A stretch of DNA of 64,000 nucleotides from NCBI GenBank assembly GCA_963666215.2, contig CAXWPL010000003.1, positions 352,001 through 416,000 on the forward strand, written 5' to 3'. A program made the translations under genes and the position numbers. The notes under the pieces are model-generated. The model was given only the letters and a program-made list of their open reading frames with translations. It searched no databases and was not told the origin of the DNA. Origin of the DNA: Acidobacteriota bacterium. GTDB lineage: Bacteria; Acidobacteriota; UBA890; WLXD01. Below are positions 9,312-20,486 of this stretch, in pieces; positions within the stretch are counted from its first letter, which is position 1; each line of letters starts with the position of its first letter.

Positions 9312-9901
9312 CTAACGGATTTGCTCGATCTCGTCGGCGAGTCCCGTCATTTCCCAACCACCGGCACCGCGCGCAGCTTGTTACCGGCATCGGCCACGCC
9401 GTCGGCACTGAGCGTGAGCGGCAGCTCACTGATTCGCAGCCTGCCTTGGCGCGTCGGGCCGGCTCCCGCCTGGGTTTGCAGATAGAAGCCCGGATCGCGG
9501 GACCAGGGCCGCATGACGCGGTGGTAAAAGTCGAGGCCGTTCATCTCAGCACGCACGAGCAGCAAGTCGGCCTGCTGCTCGACCGGCCATGTGGAGGCGC
9601 TCGACGCCCCTTCGATGGCCGCGAGGCGTTGCTGCAACGCCCCCAGGTGTCCATGCTGCGCGGCCATGGCTGCCGCGGAATAGTCCGGCGTGCCGTCGGG
9701 TGCGACCACTTCCTGCAGCTCGCGGAACTCAGTGAAGACACCGAGCAGATCTTCGTAGGTTGTCGCCTCGGCCCCTGCCGTATCGCGGCCGCTCCTTGCC
9801 GGGTCGCCTTCACCTGATTCAGCGCATGCCAAGACGCCAAGCAGCAGAGGCACTACACAGGCCAACGGCAACACCGGCGACAGGCGGATCCTGGCTCTCA
9901 T
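9312..9901 (-). pseudogene. DUF885-like lipoprotein with internal deletion
   Basis: Lipobox VLAC, PDYSAAAM, LVRAEMNGLDF.HRV.RPW.RDPGFY; frame ends at about 180 aa and a different frame gives the C-terminus-like WEMTGLADEIEQIR* (9356-9312). Confidence 0.65.
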
Positions 9902-9928
9902 GGCCTTGCTCTCCGATTTGCGGGCACG

Positions 9929-9962
9929 AAAAAGCGGAGGGGGATTCGCCTCCCCCCTCCGC
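9929..9962 (-). terminator. Rho-independent terminator of the TonB receptor gene
   Basis: Minus strand GCGGAGGGGGGA-ggcgaa-TCCCCCTCCGC-TTTTT, 27 nt after the stop at 9989. Confidence 0.8.
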
Positions 9963-9988
9963 CAGATCGATACCAGCTGGTGACCTAC

Positions 9989-12813
9989 CTAGAAGATGAT
10001 CCGGAACCCGAGACGGATGTTCCGCGGGAAGCGGAGCCGCCTGATTCTCTCGAAGTCGAGCTCGCCGCTGAACGGATCGTCTTCCCTGACCACGCGCGTT
10101 GGAGTGGCCGCGTTGAACAGGTTGAAGACATCGATGCCGGCGGCGATGCTGAAATCGTTGACCCGGAAGATCTTCTCGGCGCGCAAATCAACGTTGCTCT
10201 GGTTGGGCAACCGTCGCGAACCACGCGGCTCGCCGAAGACCGTGATGCTACGACCGTTCGAACGCACGCCGCGGAAGTTCACCTCACGCGTGTAGACCTG
10301 ACCCGACTGGAACCAGTAGAAGAACCCGGCGTCGATGTCGAGCGGCAGTCTGAACGAGCCGATCACCTTGATGTTGTGGGGATGATCGTCCTCGAGAGGC
10401 CCGAAGGCGTTAATGTGCTGGTTCGGGTTCGTCCACAGGTTCGATGGTCCGAGTGCCGAGCCACGACCGTTCTCGAATGCGGTGTCGTCGGTGCCCTCCG
10501 TCTTGCTGTAGAAGTACGAGCCGGTGAGCTGCCAGTTGTTCGAGAAGCGCTTCTCGACCGTCAGGCCAACACCCCAGTACTTGCGCGACTGCTCGAATGT
10601 GTCGAACGGAAAGCCCAAGTTGAGGTTGCTCGGGGTGGTGATCAGGATCTCTGACTCGTTGGCATTGAGCTGATCGAAGAAGTTGTACGTCGTACCGGTG
10701 ACCGGATCCGTCGCCTCCACCCTTCCGAACACGCCGTTCGTCAGGATCTTGTCGAGGAACCCCTCGTTTCGACGCACGATCCCGGTGAGCTCGACCGACA
10801 CGTCGTCGGCCACCTGATGCTCGACGGCGACACTGAACTCGCGGAAGTACGGCATCTCGATGTCGGGATCGATCGGGTCGCCAGGCAATCTGAACTCGGT
10901 CTCGACGATCTCGAAGTCCCCGATGTCAGGATTCCACTCCGAGAACTGGAAGAGCCGCTCACCAGGCGCCAGGTACATGCTGGTGATCAGCTGTGAGTAG
11001 TACTTGCCGTAGTGCACCTTGAAGGCCGTCGTGCCATCACCGGTGATGTCGTAGGTCAGACCGAACCGTGGGGCCAAGCCCATCTTGGGCTCGAACAGGC
11101 AGCCGTGGTCGACGGTGAGCGCCGGGAAGCCGGTGACGGCGTCCTGGACCGACTGGCCACACCCCTGCCACCAATTGATGCGCACACCCGGATTGATCGT
11201 CACGCGATTGCCGGCGAACGTCCAGGCGTTCTGCAAGAAGCCGGAAACCTGGCGGTTCTCAGGCTGGTCGTCCTGCGCCGGGGTCTCGTAGCGATACAGC
11301 GGCTCGCCGCCGTAGTCCACGTAGTAGGCACCCATGATGTAGCCGGTGAACGTGCGCGTCGGCGACACGTCAACCTGAACGCCAGTCTTGAAGTCGTGCG
11401 ACCCGTTCAGGAACTCATCGGCGTAGTGGCTCAGAGCCACGTTGACCTGATAGCGGTTCCTGGTGCGGTCGAAGAAGAAGCCCGGGCTCTCCGATAGGAC
11501 TCCCGTGACCAGGTCGAAATGCCCTGCCGGCAGAAGATTGCTCGGGTCGGTGTCGGGGTGGATGTCTTTGGCGCCCGGGCCATCGGCGCGGTCGGCGTCG
11601 ACGAACGCGGAGTGCACCTCAACCAGCGTCGTGTCGGAGAACACCTTCAGGTAATCGAGCATGAAGATGCGCCACAACCCGTACGGCGCCAGCGTGGCTT
11701 CCGGGGTGATGAATGCATCGGCCGGATCGAGAGCGTCTTCCTTCTCCCACGAGATCTGGCCCGTCACGCGATCGGTCGTCGACGCCTGCCAGGTGAGCTT
11801 GGCGAGGAGCTGATTGCGGTGGGCAAAGCCTTTCGTGCCGCCAGAAAGCTCGGTGGCGAAGTTCCGCACACTTCGCCGGAACGAGCCGTAGCCCCACAGC
11901 TTGTCCTTGGCGAGCGGGCCACCCACGTCGAGATGCCACTGGTGCTCGTTGTCGAGGTCGCGCCTGAACTCGGGGTCGTCAGAGTTCTGCGTGGTGAAGC
12001 TGTCGAGACGGAAGAAAATGTTTCCCTGACCGTGGAGCTCGTTGCTGCCCGACTTGGTGACCAGGTTCATCACCAGGCCGTTGTAGCCGCCGACCTCGGC
12101 CGGAGCGCCGATGCCGCCGAAGTTGACCTCGGCGACGTTGTCGAAGTCCATCTGGAGCTCGACTTCACCACCCTCGGAGCTGTTGACATTCACGCCGTCG
12201 AAGGAGAACTGAGCGCCATTCTTGGTGCCGCCGAACTGGGATCCGCCGCGGCCGGTGACGCCGCCCGCTCTATCCGAGCTCCCGACGGTGGCGCCAGGGG
12301 CCATCCCCAGCAGGTCTGTGGCACCAGCGTTCGTGCGCGCCGACGGCAGACCCTGGAAGTAGTCCGCGGCCATGGTGGTCTGTACCGCAGACGAGCCCTT
12401 GACGTCAATGAGCGGTGCCTCGCCCATGACGGTAACGGTCTCTTGAACGCCGAGCCGCATCTGGAAGTTGGCGGCCATCCTCGAGCCGATGGACACCCGA
12501 ATGCCCCCGAGGGCCTGCGAGATGAACCCGTTAAGCGAGGCCTCGACGCTGTAGCTGCCGAGCGGCGTAGCCGGGAAGCGGTACCTGCCATCGGCACCGG
12601 TGACCGCAGTGCGAGTGTCGCCAATCAAGGCTGGCGAGGCGAGAGTTATCGTCACTCCAGGAAGAGCGACGCCGTCGACGTCGGTCACGGTGCCCTCGAT
12701 CGTGCCGTACCGGCCCGTAGCCTGCCCGTAGCCTGCCCGTAGGCGGCGAACGGGAGTGCGGCTACGAGAACGAGAGCGAGCATCGAAAAAGCTCGTGCTC
12801 AGGTTGTTCGCAT
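9989..12813 (-). pseudogene. TonB-dependent receptor (carboxypeptidase-regulatory N-domain, Oar-like) with disrupted signal-peptide region
   Basis: 899-aa open body ending in the beta-signal LGFRIIF; strong RBS AAAGGAGAGG before ATG 12813, TGA at codon 5, and an 11-bp repeat frameshift at 12713-12742. Confidence 0.8.
12713..12742. repeat. 11-bp tandem repeat, 2.7 copies (GCCCGTAGCCT)
   Basis: Read directly; removing one unit restores AAYGQATGRYGTIEGTVTD. Confidence 0.9.
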
Positions 12814-12814
12814 A

Positions 12815-13546
12815 TCAGTTCCTCTCCTTTGAGGGTGCGACCATGACATGTGCGGTTCCATCTCTATTGGGGATGTTGGCCCAGGGTGCGTCCAGTACTT
12901 CCCGGTACGTCGTCGAGCGGTTGATTTCCAGAATCTCGAGCGCGCTGTCGAAATCACCCTCTTCAATGGCATCGAGGATTTCACTGTGCTCACGGATTGA
13001 GTCTTCCCACTCCGCGATGTTCGAGAAGGCCCAGATTTCGAGGCGATTCACCAGGCTGCGCATCTCGTCGAGCATCCGCCGCAGCCGTCGATTGCTGCTT
13101 CCCGCCGAGAGCAGGTGGTGGAAGTGATTGTTGCACTCGATGCCAGCGGGCATGTCGGCGCTTTCGAACGCCTGCGAGTAGCGCGCGTTGGCGTCGCGCA
13201 GCTCCATCAGCGCGGCGGCATCGAGATGCGGTAGCGATTCCTTGCCGGCAAGAACCTCGAGAGCGCACAAGATCGGGTAGAACTCCACCAAATCGGCGAC
13301 GGAGTCCTCGGGAACTCTGAACCCACGATGCGGAATGCGTTCGAGGAAACCCTCCGTCGCGAGTCTCCCGAGAGCCTCGCGAACCGGGGTGCGGCTCACG
13401 CTGAGCTTGTCGCTGACATCCTGCTCTCGAATGAACTCACCGGCGTCGACTTCGCGCGACAGTATGCGGTCTCGCAGCACCGTGTACACCTGGTCGGTGA
13501 GGGTTGAGCTCGTTACCGAAGGCCAGCTTCCACTCATGTTGGGCAT
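12815..13546 (-). CDS. GntR-family (FadR/FCD) transcriptional regulator
   Basis: LSVSRTPVREALGRL wHTH, N..FH and EHSEIL FCD motifs; start 13546 or 13537. Confidence 0.9.
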   Translation of the reverse strand: MPNMSGSWPSVTSSTLTDQVYTVLRDRILSREVDAGEFIREQDVSDKLSVSRTPVREALGRLATEGFLERIPHRGFRVPEDSVADLVEFYPILCALEVLAGKESLPHLDAAALMELRDANARYSQAFESADMPAGIECNNHFHHLLSAGSSNRRLRRMLDEMRSLVNRLEIWAFSNIAEWEDSIREHSEILDAIEEGDFDSALEILEINRSTTYREVLDAPWANIPNRDGTAHVMVAPSKERN

Positions 13547-13548
13547 TT

Positions 13549-13570
13549 CATACTGTATTCTGCATACAAA
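13549..13570. promoter_or_regulatory. Candidate GntR operator
   Basis: AT-rich inverted repeat TGTAT-tctgc-ATACA (13554-13568) immediately upstream of the GntR start in a divergent intergenic region. Confidence 0.5.
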
Positions 13571-13655
13571 AGCAATGGCTGGCCTCCAATCAGCGCGTAC
13601 TGGGCGATCATGGGCAGACGCGGCTCGGGGGGCAAAAGTGGGGCAAAGCTTGGCT

Positions 13656-15995
13656 ATGAGGGCGTGGGCGAACAGGCCGTGGGTCCGTTTTGCTGGGCTT
13701 CTTTCGCTAGCTGCAGTCGCGGCCGTGGTCTCGCTGCTGTGGCTCGGCGAAGGCAACAGCGACTTCGTTTCACTGCGTGGTGATACGCGCCTCAACGTAC
13801 TGGTCATCACCATCGATACGCTGCGGGCCGACCGGCTCCCGGCGTACGGCTTCACCGGTGTGCAGACACCCACGATGAACGCTCTGGCGTCTCGGGGCGT
13901 CCTGTTTCGTCGCGCCTCCTCCACCACGCCGCTGACCTTGCCGGCGCACACGACGATCTTCTCGGGCACCTATCCACCACACCACGGCGTGCGCGACAAC
14001 GGCGGCTTCATCGTCCCGGAAAGCCTCACGACGCTGGCCGAGCTGCTGCACGATCGCGACTACGCCACCGCCGGTTTTGTCGCCGCCTACGTGCTCGACG
14101 CGCGATGGGGTCTCGACCAGGGCTTCGATACGTACGTCGACGATTTCGACGTGGGAGGCGAGCGCATCATTGCGATGGGCGGTGTTCAGCGGCCCGCCAA
14201 CGAAGTCGTCGACAGCGCCCTCGAATGGCTCGACACCGAGGCCACAGGCAACGCGCCGTTCTTCTTGTGGACCCATCTGTACGATCCGCACGCTCCATAC
14301 GAGCCGCCCGAGCCGTACCGTTCGCTCTACCCGGGGCAGCCGTACCTGGGCGAGATCGCCTTCACCGATTCACAGATCGACCGACTGCTCGACGGCCTTC
14401 GCGCCCGCGGCGATCTGAACAACACGATTGTCGTGCTGGCCGCCGATCATGGCGAGAGCCTGGGCGAGCACGGCGAGACCCAGCACGGCTTCTTCATCTA
14501 CGAGGAGGCGACACACGTGCCGCTGATCTTCTCGGTTCCGTACGCCCAGCTCCATGGCATCGAGAGAAGCGAAGTGGTTTCGCTGGCCGACATCATGCCG
14601 ACGGTGCTCGAGATGATCGGGGTCGAAGCTCCTGCCGAGATCCAGGGCAAGAGCCTCCTTCCCCTGTTTGCCAGAGACGGAGCCCAAGCCGGTGGCGTAC
14701 CCGAGCCGCGCTATGTCTACTCCGAGAGCTACTACGCGCGCTACCACTTCGGCTGGAGCGAGCTCGCGGCGATTCAGGACGGGCGCCACAAGCTCATCAT
14801 CTCGCCGGAACCGGAGCTCTACGACCTCGTGGTCGATCCGGACGAGGCCAACAACCTGCTGGATGGCAGCGCCAGCAACGCGCTGTACGCCCGTATGAGT
14901 GCCGACGCCGATCGCCTGATTGCCGAGCTCGGAGTCGGCGCAGCGGGCGCGGCTCCGAGCCAGCTCGACGGCGACACACGCGCGAAGCTGGCGAGCCTCG
15001 GTTATCTGGGCAGCTTCCAGGCCGACGACGACGGTACCGAGCTCGAGAGCCCGCGGGCGAAGATCGGTATTTACAACCGCTCGATCGAAGCTCGACAGCT
15101 CATGCAGCGTGAGCGCTACGACGAAGCCGAGGCGCTTCTACACGAGATCATCAACGAGGATCCGCGGGTGATCGACGCGTACACGAGCCTGGGTGAGCTG
15201 TACACCCAGCAGCAGAGCTACGAGCAGGCTGCCGCCGCCTCCCGCGCTGCCATCGCGCTGAAGCCGACCGATCCCTACGCGCACACCTTTCTGGCGGAGT
15301 CAGAGATCGCCCTCGGGCGCCTCGACGACGCGGAGCGGACGGCGCTGGGGGCACTCGAGTTCATCGAAGACGCGCCGCAGATCTACCACCTGCTCGGTGA
15401 GATCAAGATGCGCCAGCAGAACTACCCGCGCTCAGTCGAGTACTTCAACCAATGCCTGTCGCTCAACCCTGACTCGTCTCCCGCGTTCGCCGGACTCGCC
15501 GCCGTCAAGCTGCTAATGGGCGATCCGGCCAGCGCCGAGCAGCACGCCCGGCGCGCGCTCGACATCAACGCCACCGCCCCCGGAGTCCACTTCACACTGG
15601 CGCAGGCGCTGGCGCGGAATGGTCGGCCCGAGGAAGCGATGGTGGAGTATCAACGCCAGCTCGAGGACAAACCCCAGCACATCGGCGCTCTCTTCAACCT
15701 GGCGATGTACCACCGCGAGAACGAGCGGGAGAGTGAAGAGGAGCAGTATCTGGCGCGCGTTCTGGAAGTCGATTCCGAGCACGCTCTCGCCAACCTCTTC
15801 ATGGCGCGCATCCTCATGCGCCGGGGCCAGGAGCTCGGGCGAGCGCTGCAGATGGTCAAGGCAGCTGTCGCCCAGTCACTCGAGCGTCGCGATCTGACGC
15901 TGGGCCACTTCCTCCTGGCCGACTTGTACAACCGCCTGGGGCAGCCCGAGCTTTCGCTCGAGCACGCTCGACGAGCGGAGGCGCTGCGACGCTGA
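13656..15995 (+). CDS. Sulfatase-like hydrolase with C-terminal TPR repeats
   Basis: ITIDTLRADRL, PLTLPAH, HLYDPH, ADHGE, LASLGY followed by TPRs. Confidence 0.88.
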   Translation: MRAWANRPWVRFAGLLSLAAVAAVVSLLWLGEGNSDFVSLRGDTRLNVLVITIDTLRADRLPAYGFTGVQTPTMNALASRGVLFRRASSTTPLTLPAHTTIFSGTYPPHHGVRDNGGFIVPESLTTLAELLHDRDYATAGFVAAYVLDARWGLDQGFDTYVDDFDVGGERIIAMGGVQRPANEVVDSALEWLDTEATGNAPFFLWTHLYDPHAPYEPPEPYRSLYPGQPYLGEIAFTDSQIDRLLDGLRARGDLNNTIVVLAADHGESLGEHGETQHGFFIYEEATHVPLIFSVPYAQLHGIERSEVVSLADIMPTVLEMIGVEAPAEIQGKSLLPLFARDGAQAGGVPEPRYVYSESYYARYHFGWSELAAIQDGRHKLIISPEPELYDLVVDPDEANNLLDGSASNALYARMSADADRLIAELGVGAAGAAPSQLDGDTRAKLASLGYLGSFQADDDGTELESPRAKIGIYNRSIEARQLMQRERYDEAEALLHEIINEDPRVIDAYTSLGELYTQQQSYEQAAAASRAAIALKPTDPYAHTFLAESEIALGRLDDAERTALGALEFIEDAPQIYHLLGEIKMRQQNYPRSVEYFNQCLSLNPDSSPAFAGLAAVKLLMGDPASAEQHARRALDINATAPGVHFTLAQALARNGRPEEAMVEYQRQLEDKPQHIGALFNLAMYHRENERESEEEQYLARVLEVDSEHALANLFMARILMRRGQELGRALQMVKAAVAQSLERRDLTLGHFLLADLYNRLGQPELSLEHARRAEALRR

Positions 15996-16073
15996 CAGCG
16001 AGTGGTGCCCGTGCGGCGGCCTGGCGAACCAGGCGTGCGGCGCGCGCGTGACCCCGTCGGCGAAACACCGGCG

Positions 16074-17966
16074 CTATTGCGCGGCGACCGCCCGCCGCGC
16101 AATCACACCCCGCCGCTCGTCGACCACGAGCCAGCCGCCGCTGCCGATCTGGACGGCATCGAGCACGGTGGAGCTGCCGCTGGGCCAGCGGATCTCGACG
16201 CGATCGGCGCGACCACCTGGCAAAAACACCGACAACCGTGGATCGTTGCTGCCCAGGTAACCGTCGCTGTGGCGCAGCTCGAACAACTGCTTGGTGTCGC
16301 CTGCTTCGACGATCACCTGTGCCCCGTAGGCGTCGCGGCTGCCGTCGCGCGCGACCAAACTGAGGCGCAACGCGGGCCACACCATCTCGCCGTCGTTGAC
16401 CAGCAGGTCGGGCGAGTCGTTGAGGTTGGTGACGATCAAATCGACGTCACCGTCGTTGTCGTAGTCGGCGAGGGCGGCGCTCCGCGACACGGCAGCAAGG
16501 TCGAGCCCGTTCGCGGCTCTGTCGACCCGTTCGACGTCGGCAACACCCCCCTCTCCCGCGACCTCGCCCGGCTCGACCCACTCGACGAAAGCCGCCGTAC
16601 CCGACTCCGCCAGCTGATTGAGGAACAGCAAATTGCGCTGCCGGTAGGTGTCGAGCTCGACGGGGTCCACGCCAGGCTGGAAGGGCGACTCCATCGAAGA
16701 CGCGGCGCCGAGGTTGGCAGCATCGAGCCGGTCGACTTGAGGATAGATGTGGCCGTTGGCAACGAAGATGTCCTGATCGCCGTCGCCATCAATGTCGACA
16801 AACAACGTGCTCCAGCCCATGTACGGGATGGTTGCCGCGCCGATTCCGAGCGGCTCGCTGACGTCTTCGAAGCTACAGCCCCCGACGTTGCGATAGAGCG
16901 TGTTGTGATCGTGCTGGAAGTTCGACACCACCAGGTCGAAGTCCATGTCGCCATCGAAGTCGGCGGCAGAGACACCCATCCCTGCCTGCGCAACCCCGCC
17001 CCCACTGAGGCCCGCACCACTCAAGAAAGACCAGTCGTCAAGCACGACATCGGCGTCGTAGCGGTACAACAGATTGATCGTGGAGTCGCTGGCAACATAG
17101 ATGTCGGGCCGGTGGTCGCCATCGCAATCAGACGCCAACAGCGCGAACCCGAAGGTCTCCTCGGGATCCACATCCGCCCCCGGCCAGCGCTCAAAGCTGC
17201 CATCACCTCGATTGCGGTACAGAATATCGCGCTCGCCGCGAAGTCCGCGCGGACCACAGAACACCTCGATCCCGCCGAGGTAGTGGCACGGCCCCAGCGC
17301 CTCCGGATCCTTCAGGTTGGAGCCTTCGACATCGACATAGTTGACCAGGTAGAGATCGAGGTTGCCGTCGGAGTCCCAGTCGGTGAAGACGGCGCTGGCA
17401 CCCCAGCCCGGGTCTTCGACGCCTGCCGGCCAGGGCACGAACGTGCCGTCGCCGTTGTTGCGGTAGAGCCGATTCTCGCCAATCGCGGTGACGTACAAAT
17501 CGACGAACCCGTCGTTGTCGACGTCGGCTGCCGCAACACCGTTGCCCCAGGCACGATCGGCGGCGCCGGCGACGCTGGCGACGTTCGTGAAACGTCCGCG
17601 GTGGTTCCTCTGGAGCCGATGCCCGCCCGGATGTAGCCCCTGGGAGCTGTCTGCAAGCGCCGCCGCCGTCGCCTCTACCGGCTCGTTGGCTGGCCCTTCG
17701 ATCCCGTTCACGAGGAACAGGTCAACCCAACCGTCGCGGTCATAGTCGAGCCAGGCCGCACCAGAGCCGCCCATCTCGGTGATCAGACGCTTGTCCGGGC
17801 CGCCATAAACGTTGACGAACTCGATTCCCACCGCCACGGTAGCCGCGCGCAGACGGACGGGCCGCCGCGTGGACTGTGCGTCGGCGGCCGGCGACACACA
17901 CGCCACAGCCAACGTCAACGCACCGTGGACAACGACGCGCCGCGACCAGGAGAAGGAGGCAAGCAT
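16074..17966 (-). CDS. CRTAC1/ASPIC-UnbV family FG-GAP repeat protein
   Basis: DYDRDGWVDL, DVDNDGFVDLY and DFDGDMDFDL repeats; C-terminal GYLGSND...VEIRWPSG. Confidence 0.88.
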   Translation of the reverse strand: MLASFSWSRRVVVHGALTLAVACVSPAADAQSTRRPVRLRAATVAVGIEFVNVYGGPDKRLITEMGGSGAAWLDYDRDGWVDLFLVNGIEGPANEPVEATAAALADSSQGLHPGGHRLQRNHRGRFTNVASVAGAADRAWGNGVAAADVDNDGFVDLYVTAIGENRLYRNNGDGTFVPWPAGVEDPGWGASAVFTDWDSDGNLDLYLVNYVDVEGSNLKDPEALGPCHYLGGIEVFCGPRGLRGERDILYRNRGDGSFERWPGADVDPEETFGFALLASDCDGDHRPDIYVASDSTINLLYRYDADVVLDDWSFLSGAGLSGGGVAQAGMGVSAADFDGDMDFDLVVSNFQHDHNTLYRNVGGCSFEDVSEPLGIGAATIPYMGWSTLFVDIDGDGDQDIFVANGHIYPQVDRLDAANLGAASSMESPFQPGVDPVELDTYRQRNLLFLNQLAESGTAAFVEWVEPGEVAGEGGVADVERVDRAANGLDLAAVSRSAALADYDNDGDVDLIVTNLNDSPDLLVNDGEMVWPALRLSLVARDGSRDAYGAQVIVEAGDTKQLFELRHSDGYLGSNDPRLSVFLPGGRADRVEIRWPSGSSTVLDAVQIGSGGWLVVDERRGVIARRAVAAQ

Positions 17967-18045
17967 GCGAGGGTATTCTTCTCGAAACCGATTTCATGAA
18001 CTGGGCTTGCAGAGAGATCGAACCCCGATCTTATAAGGAGGCTGT

Positions 18046-19014
18046 TTGGTAGCGACGGTCCGGATCGGCGTGGTCGGCTGGGGCGACATCGCCCGCGACC
18101 ACGCATCGCACTTCGCGGCTGCCGGCGCCGAGCTCGCCGGTGTTGTCTCGCGTCGGGACGCCCACCACCTGAGGGTGGGCGCTGACGTCGCGGTCTACCG
18201 TCGACTCGCCGACATGCTGCCGCACGTCGACGCCATCACCGTCGCCGTCCCGAACCATCTACATGGGCCCTGCTGCCTCGAGGCCGTGCGCGCCGGCAAG
18301 CCGGTGCTGGTCGAGAAACCGATCGCCATCGACGTCGCTCAGCTCGACGAGCTCGAATCAGCATTCGAGTCGCTGCGAGCGCCGGTGCACGTAGGCTACA
18401 GGCTGCGCTGGAACCCCAGCATGATCGAGCTTCGCGAGCGCATCCGCGCGGCCGGCAACGTGCGGCGTATCCGCTGCGTCTATCGACTCGGCATCGATCA
18501 GCTCGCCGACGGCAAAGACTGGACCCGACGGCTCGAGACCACGGGGGGTGCTTTCTTCGCGCTCGGTGTTCACACGCTGGACTTGGCACGCTGGCTCGCC
18601 GACGCGGGAAACTCGGCGCTGGCCGACCTCAGCGCGACCGCCCGTCATCGCGATGACACCGCCGACTTCCCGCTCGACGTGCGGCTCTCAGGACGGCTGC
18701 CGAACGGAATCGAAATCACCGCCGGTACCGACTTACGCGGCGATGCCGATTCGACCATCGAGCTCGAAGTCGACGGCGGCAACAAGGACAGCCCGATCTC
18801 GATCTATCCCAATCCCACGCTGGCACAACCCGTGCCCTCTGATGAGCCGGTGGAATATGCTGGCCTCATCTCGAACTTCGTCGCAGCCACGCGCAACCAG
18901 AGCGTGAACCTGGAAGACGTGAAGGCCACCGTGCAGACGCATCGCGAGCTGCTGGCCGCCCGCGAGCTCGCCGATTCTACCGAGCCCGCTCAGCGGGCAG
19001 CGACATGCACATGA
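18046..19014 (+). CDS. Gfo/Idh/MocA oxidoreductase
   Basis: GVVGWGDIA, VPNHLH, VLVEKP, GVHTLD. Confidence 0.85.
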   Translation: MVATVRIGVVGWGDIARDHASHFAAAGAELAGVVSRRDAHHLRVGADVAVYRRLADMLPHVDAITVAVPNHLHGPCCLEAVRAGKPVLVEKPIAIDVAQLDELESAFESLRAPVHVGYRLRWNPSMIELRERIRAAGNVRRIRCVYRLGIDQLADGKDWTRRLETTGGAFFALGVHTLDLARWLADAGNSALADLSATARHRDDTADFPLDVRLSGRLPNGIEITAGTDLRGDADSTIELEVDGGNKDSPISIYPNPTLAQPVPSDEPVEYAGLISNFVAATRNQSVNLEDVKATVQTHRELLAARELADSTEPAQRAATCT

Positions 19015-20486
19015 CCCGGACGATCTCGATCGCCGTTTGTTGCCTCATGGGTGCCCTGGGAGGCCCACCACCGGGCTACGGGCTGGCGGCGCCCACCACC
19101 GCGACCCAGCAGGTGGCCGGACTGCCGGACGCGCGCCGGGCACTCGCCGAGGGTCGGGTCGAAGAAGCCACCGCTTCGCTGCGCCGGCTCGCCGACGAGC
19201 ACCCGAGCTCGGCGCTGGTTGCGCTGTGGCTCGGCCACACGCTTCGGCGAGGCGGCGCCCGTCCGGGCGCCTCTCGTGAGTACCTGCGCGCGTTGGAGAT
19301 CCGCCCCGACACCACCGGCGCGCTCATCGCGCTCGGCGATCTGCAGCAGGACGCCAGCGATCTCGCCGGCGCGCTGGGCTACTACGAACACGCCGTCGAG
19401 CTCGCGCCCGAGCTGCCGGTCGTACACCGCAAGGCCGCCGCCGTGGAGGTTCGCCGCGAGAATCACGGCCCCGCGGCGCGCCACCTGGAACGCTACGTGG
19501 AACTGCTACCGAACGACGGTGAGGCACTTACGGTCCTCGGCATCGAGCGCTACCTCAACGAAGAGCTGGATGCGGCGCTCGAGTCGCTGGAGCGCGCGCT
19601 CGCGATCGACCCCGACAACGCGCAGGCCCACTTCGGCGTCGGACTCGTGCTCGCCGACCGGCCCGCGGAGCACGTACGCTCTCTCGAGCATCTGCGCCGC
19701 GCCGCAGCGGCCGACCCCGACAACCCCACAGCGCACTACCTGATAGGACGCGTGCTCGCAGCCCAGGGCGAGCTCGACCCGGCCCTGGCGGCTCTGCAAC
19801 GCGCCCTCGAGCTGGCGCCCGAGCTGCCCGACGCTCACTACAGAATCGCGCTGGTGTACGCCCGATTGGGAGATCGCGAAGCGGGCCGCCGGCACCAGGA
19901 TCTATTCAACGAGCTGGAGCAGCAGCAGGATGCAGCGGCAGAGCGTGACCGCCGCGTTGGCCTGCTGCAGCAAGCGCTCTCTCTGGCCGCCGCCGAGGCG
20001 GATATGCAAGCGGTGCGCGACGCGGCCGCAGCGCTCATCGCTGCCGACCCCGACGACCCCGACGTGCTGGCGGTGCTGGCGCGCGTAGCGCTCGCCGAAG
20101 GCGACATCGAAGGTGGCCTGCGCGCCACCACACGAGCGCTCGAAGCCCAGCCCGACCACTGGGAAGTGCTGTACCTCCACGGCCTTCTGCAGCACAGCTC
20201 GGGTCGATCGGCGGAGGCTCGGGCGAATCTGGAGCGCTCGCGCCAGATCAGCCCGCTCTACGCCCCAACACACGCCGCTCTCGGCAATGTGCTCATGCAC
20301 ATCGGTCAACCGAGAGACGCGCTACCCGCCTACGAGACGGCGGTCCGGCTCGCGCCCGACAACGCGGCCTACCATCTGAACCTCGCCACCGCGTACGGCC
20401 GACTCGGCATGGCCGAGCAGGAGGCGGCCGCGATGGCCACGCACAAGCGCCTGCTCCGCGAGCCTCGCTCGAGCGAACCGCGCTGA
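19011..20486 (+). CDS. Exported TPR-repeat protein
   Basis: Signal-like N-terminus, many TPR units, ATGA overlap with upstream gene. Confidence 0.85.
   Translation: MTRTISIAVCCLMGALGGPPPGYGLAAPTTATQQVAGLPDARRALAEGRVEEATASLRRLADEHPSSALVALWLGHTLRRGGARPGASREYLRALEIRPDTTGALIALGDLQQDASDLAGALGYYEHAVELAPELPVVHRKAAAVEVRRENHGPAARHLERYVELLPNDGEALTVLGIERYLNEELDAALESLERALAIDPDNAQAHFGVGLVLADRPAEHVRSLEHLRRAAAADPDNPTAHYLIGRVLAAQGELDPALAALQRALELAPELPDAHYRIALVYARLGDREAGRRHQDLFNELEQQQDAAAERDRRVGLLQQALSLAAAEADMQAVRDAAAALIAADPDDPDVLAVLARVALAEGDIEGGLRATTRALEAQPDHWEVLYLHGLLQHSSGRSAEARANLERSRQISPLYAPTHAALGNVLMHIGQPRDALPAYETAVRLAPDNAAYHLNLATAYGRLGMAEQEAAAMATHKRLLREPRSSEPR

Noticed and set aside
9285-9360. Stem-loop ending in CCAACCA, suggestive of tRNA/tmRNA
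   Set aside because: No T-loop (GTTCRA) or D-arm; the segment is better explained as the antisense of the DUF885-like C-terminal remnant.
12799-12801. TGA as selenocysteine or genetic-code reassignment
   Set aside because: It lies in a signal-peptide n-region, and TGA acts as a normal stop in many genes of this window.
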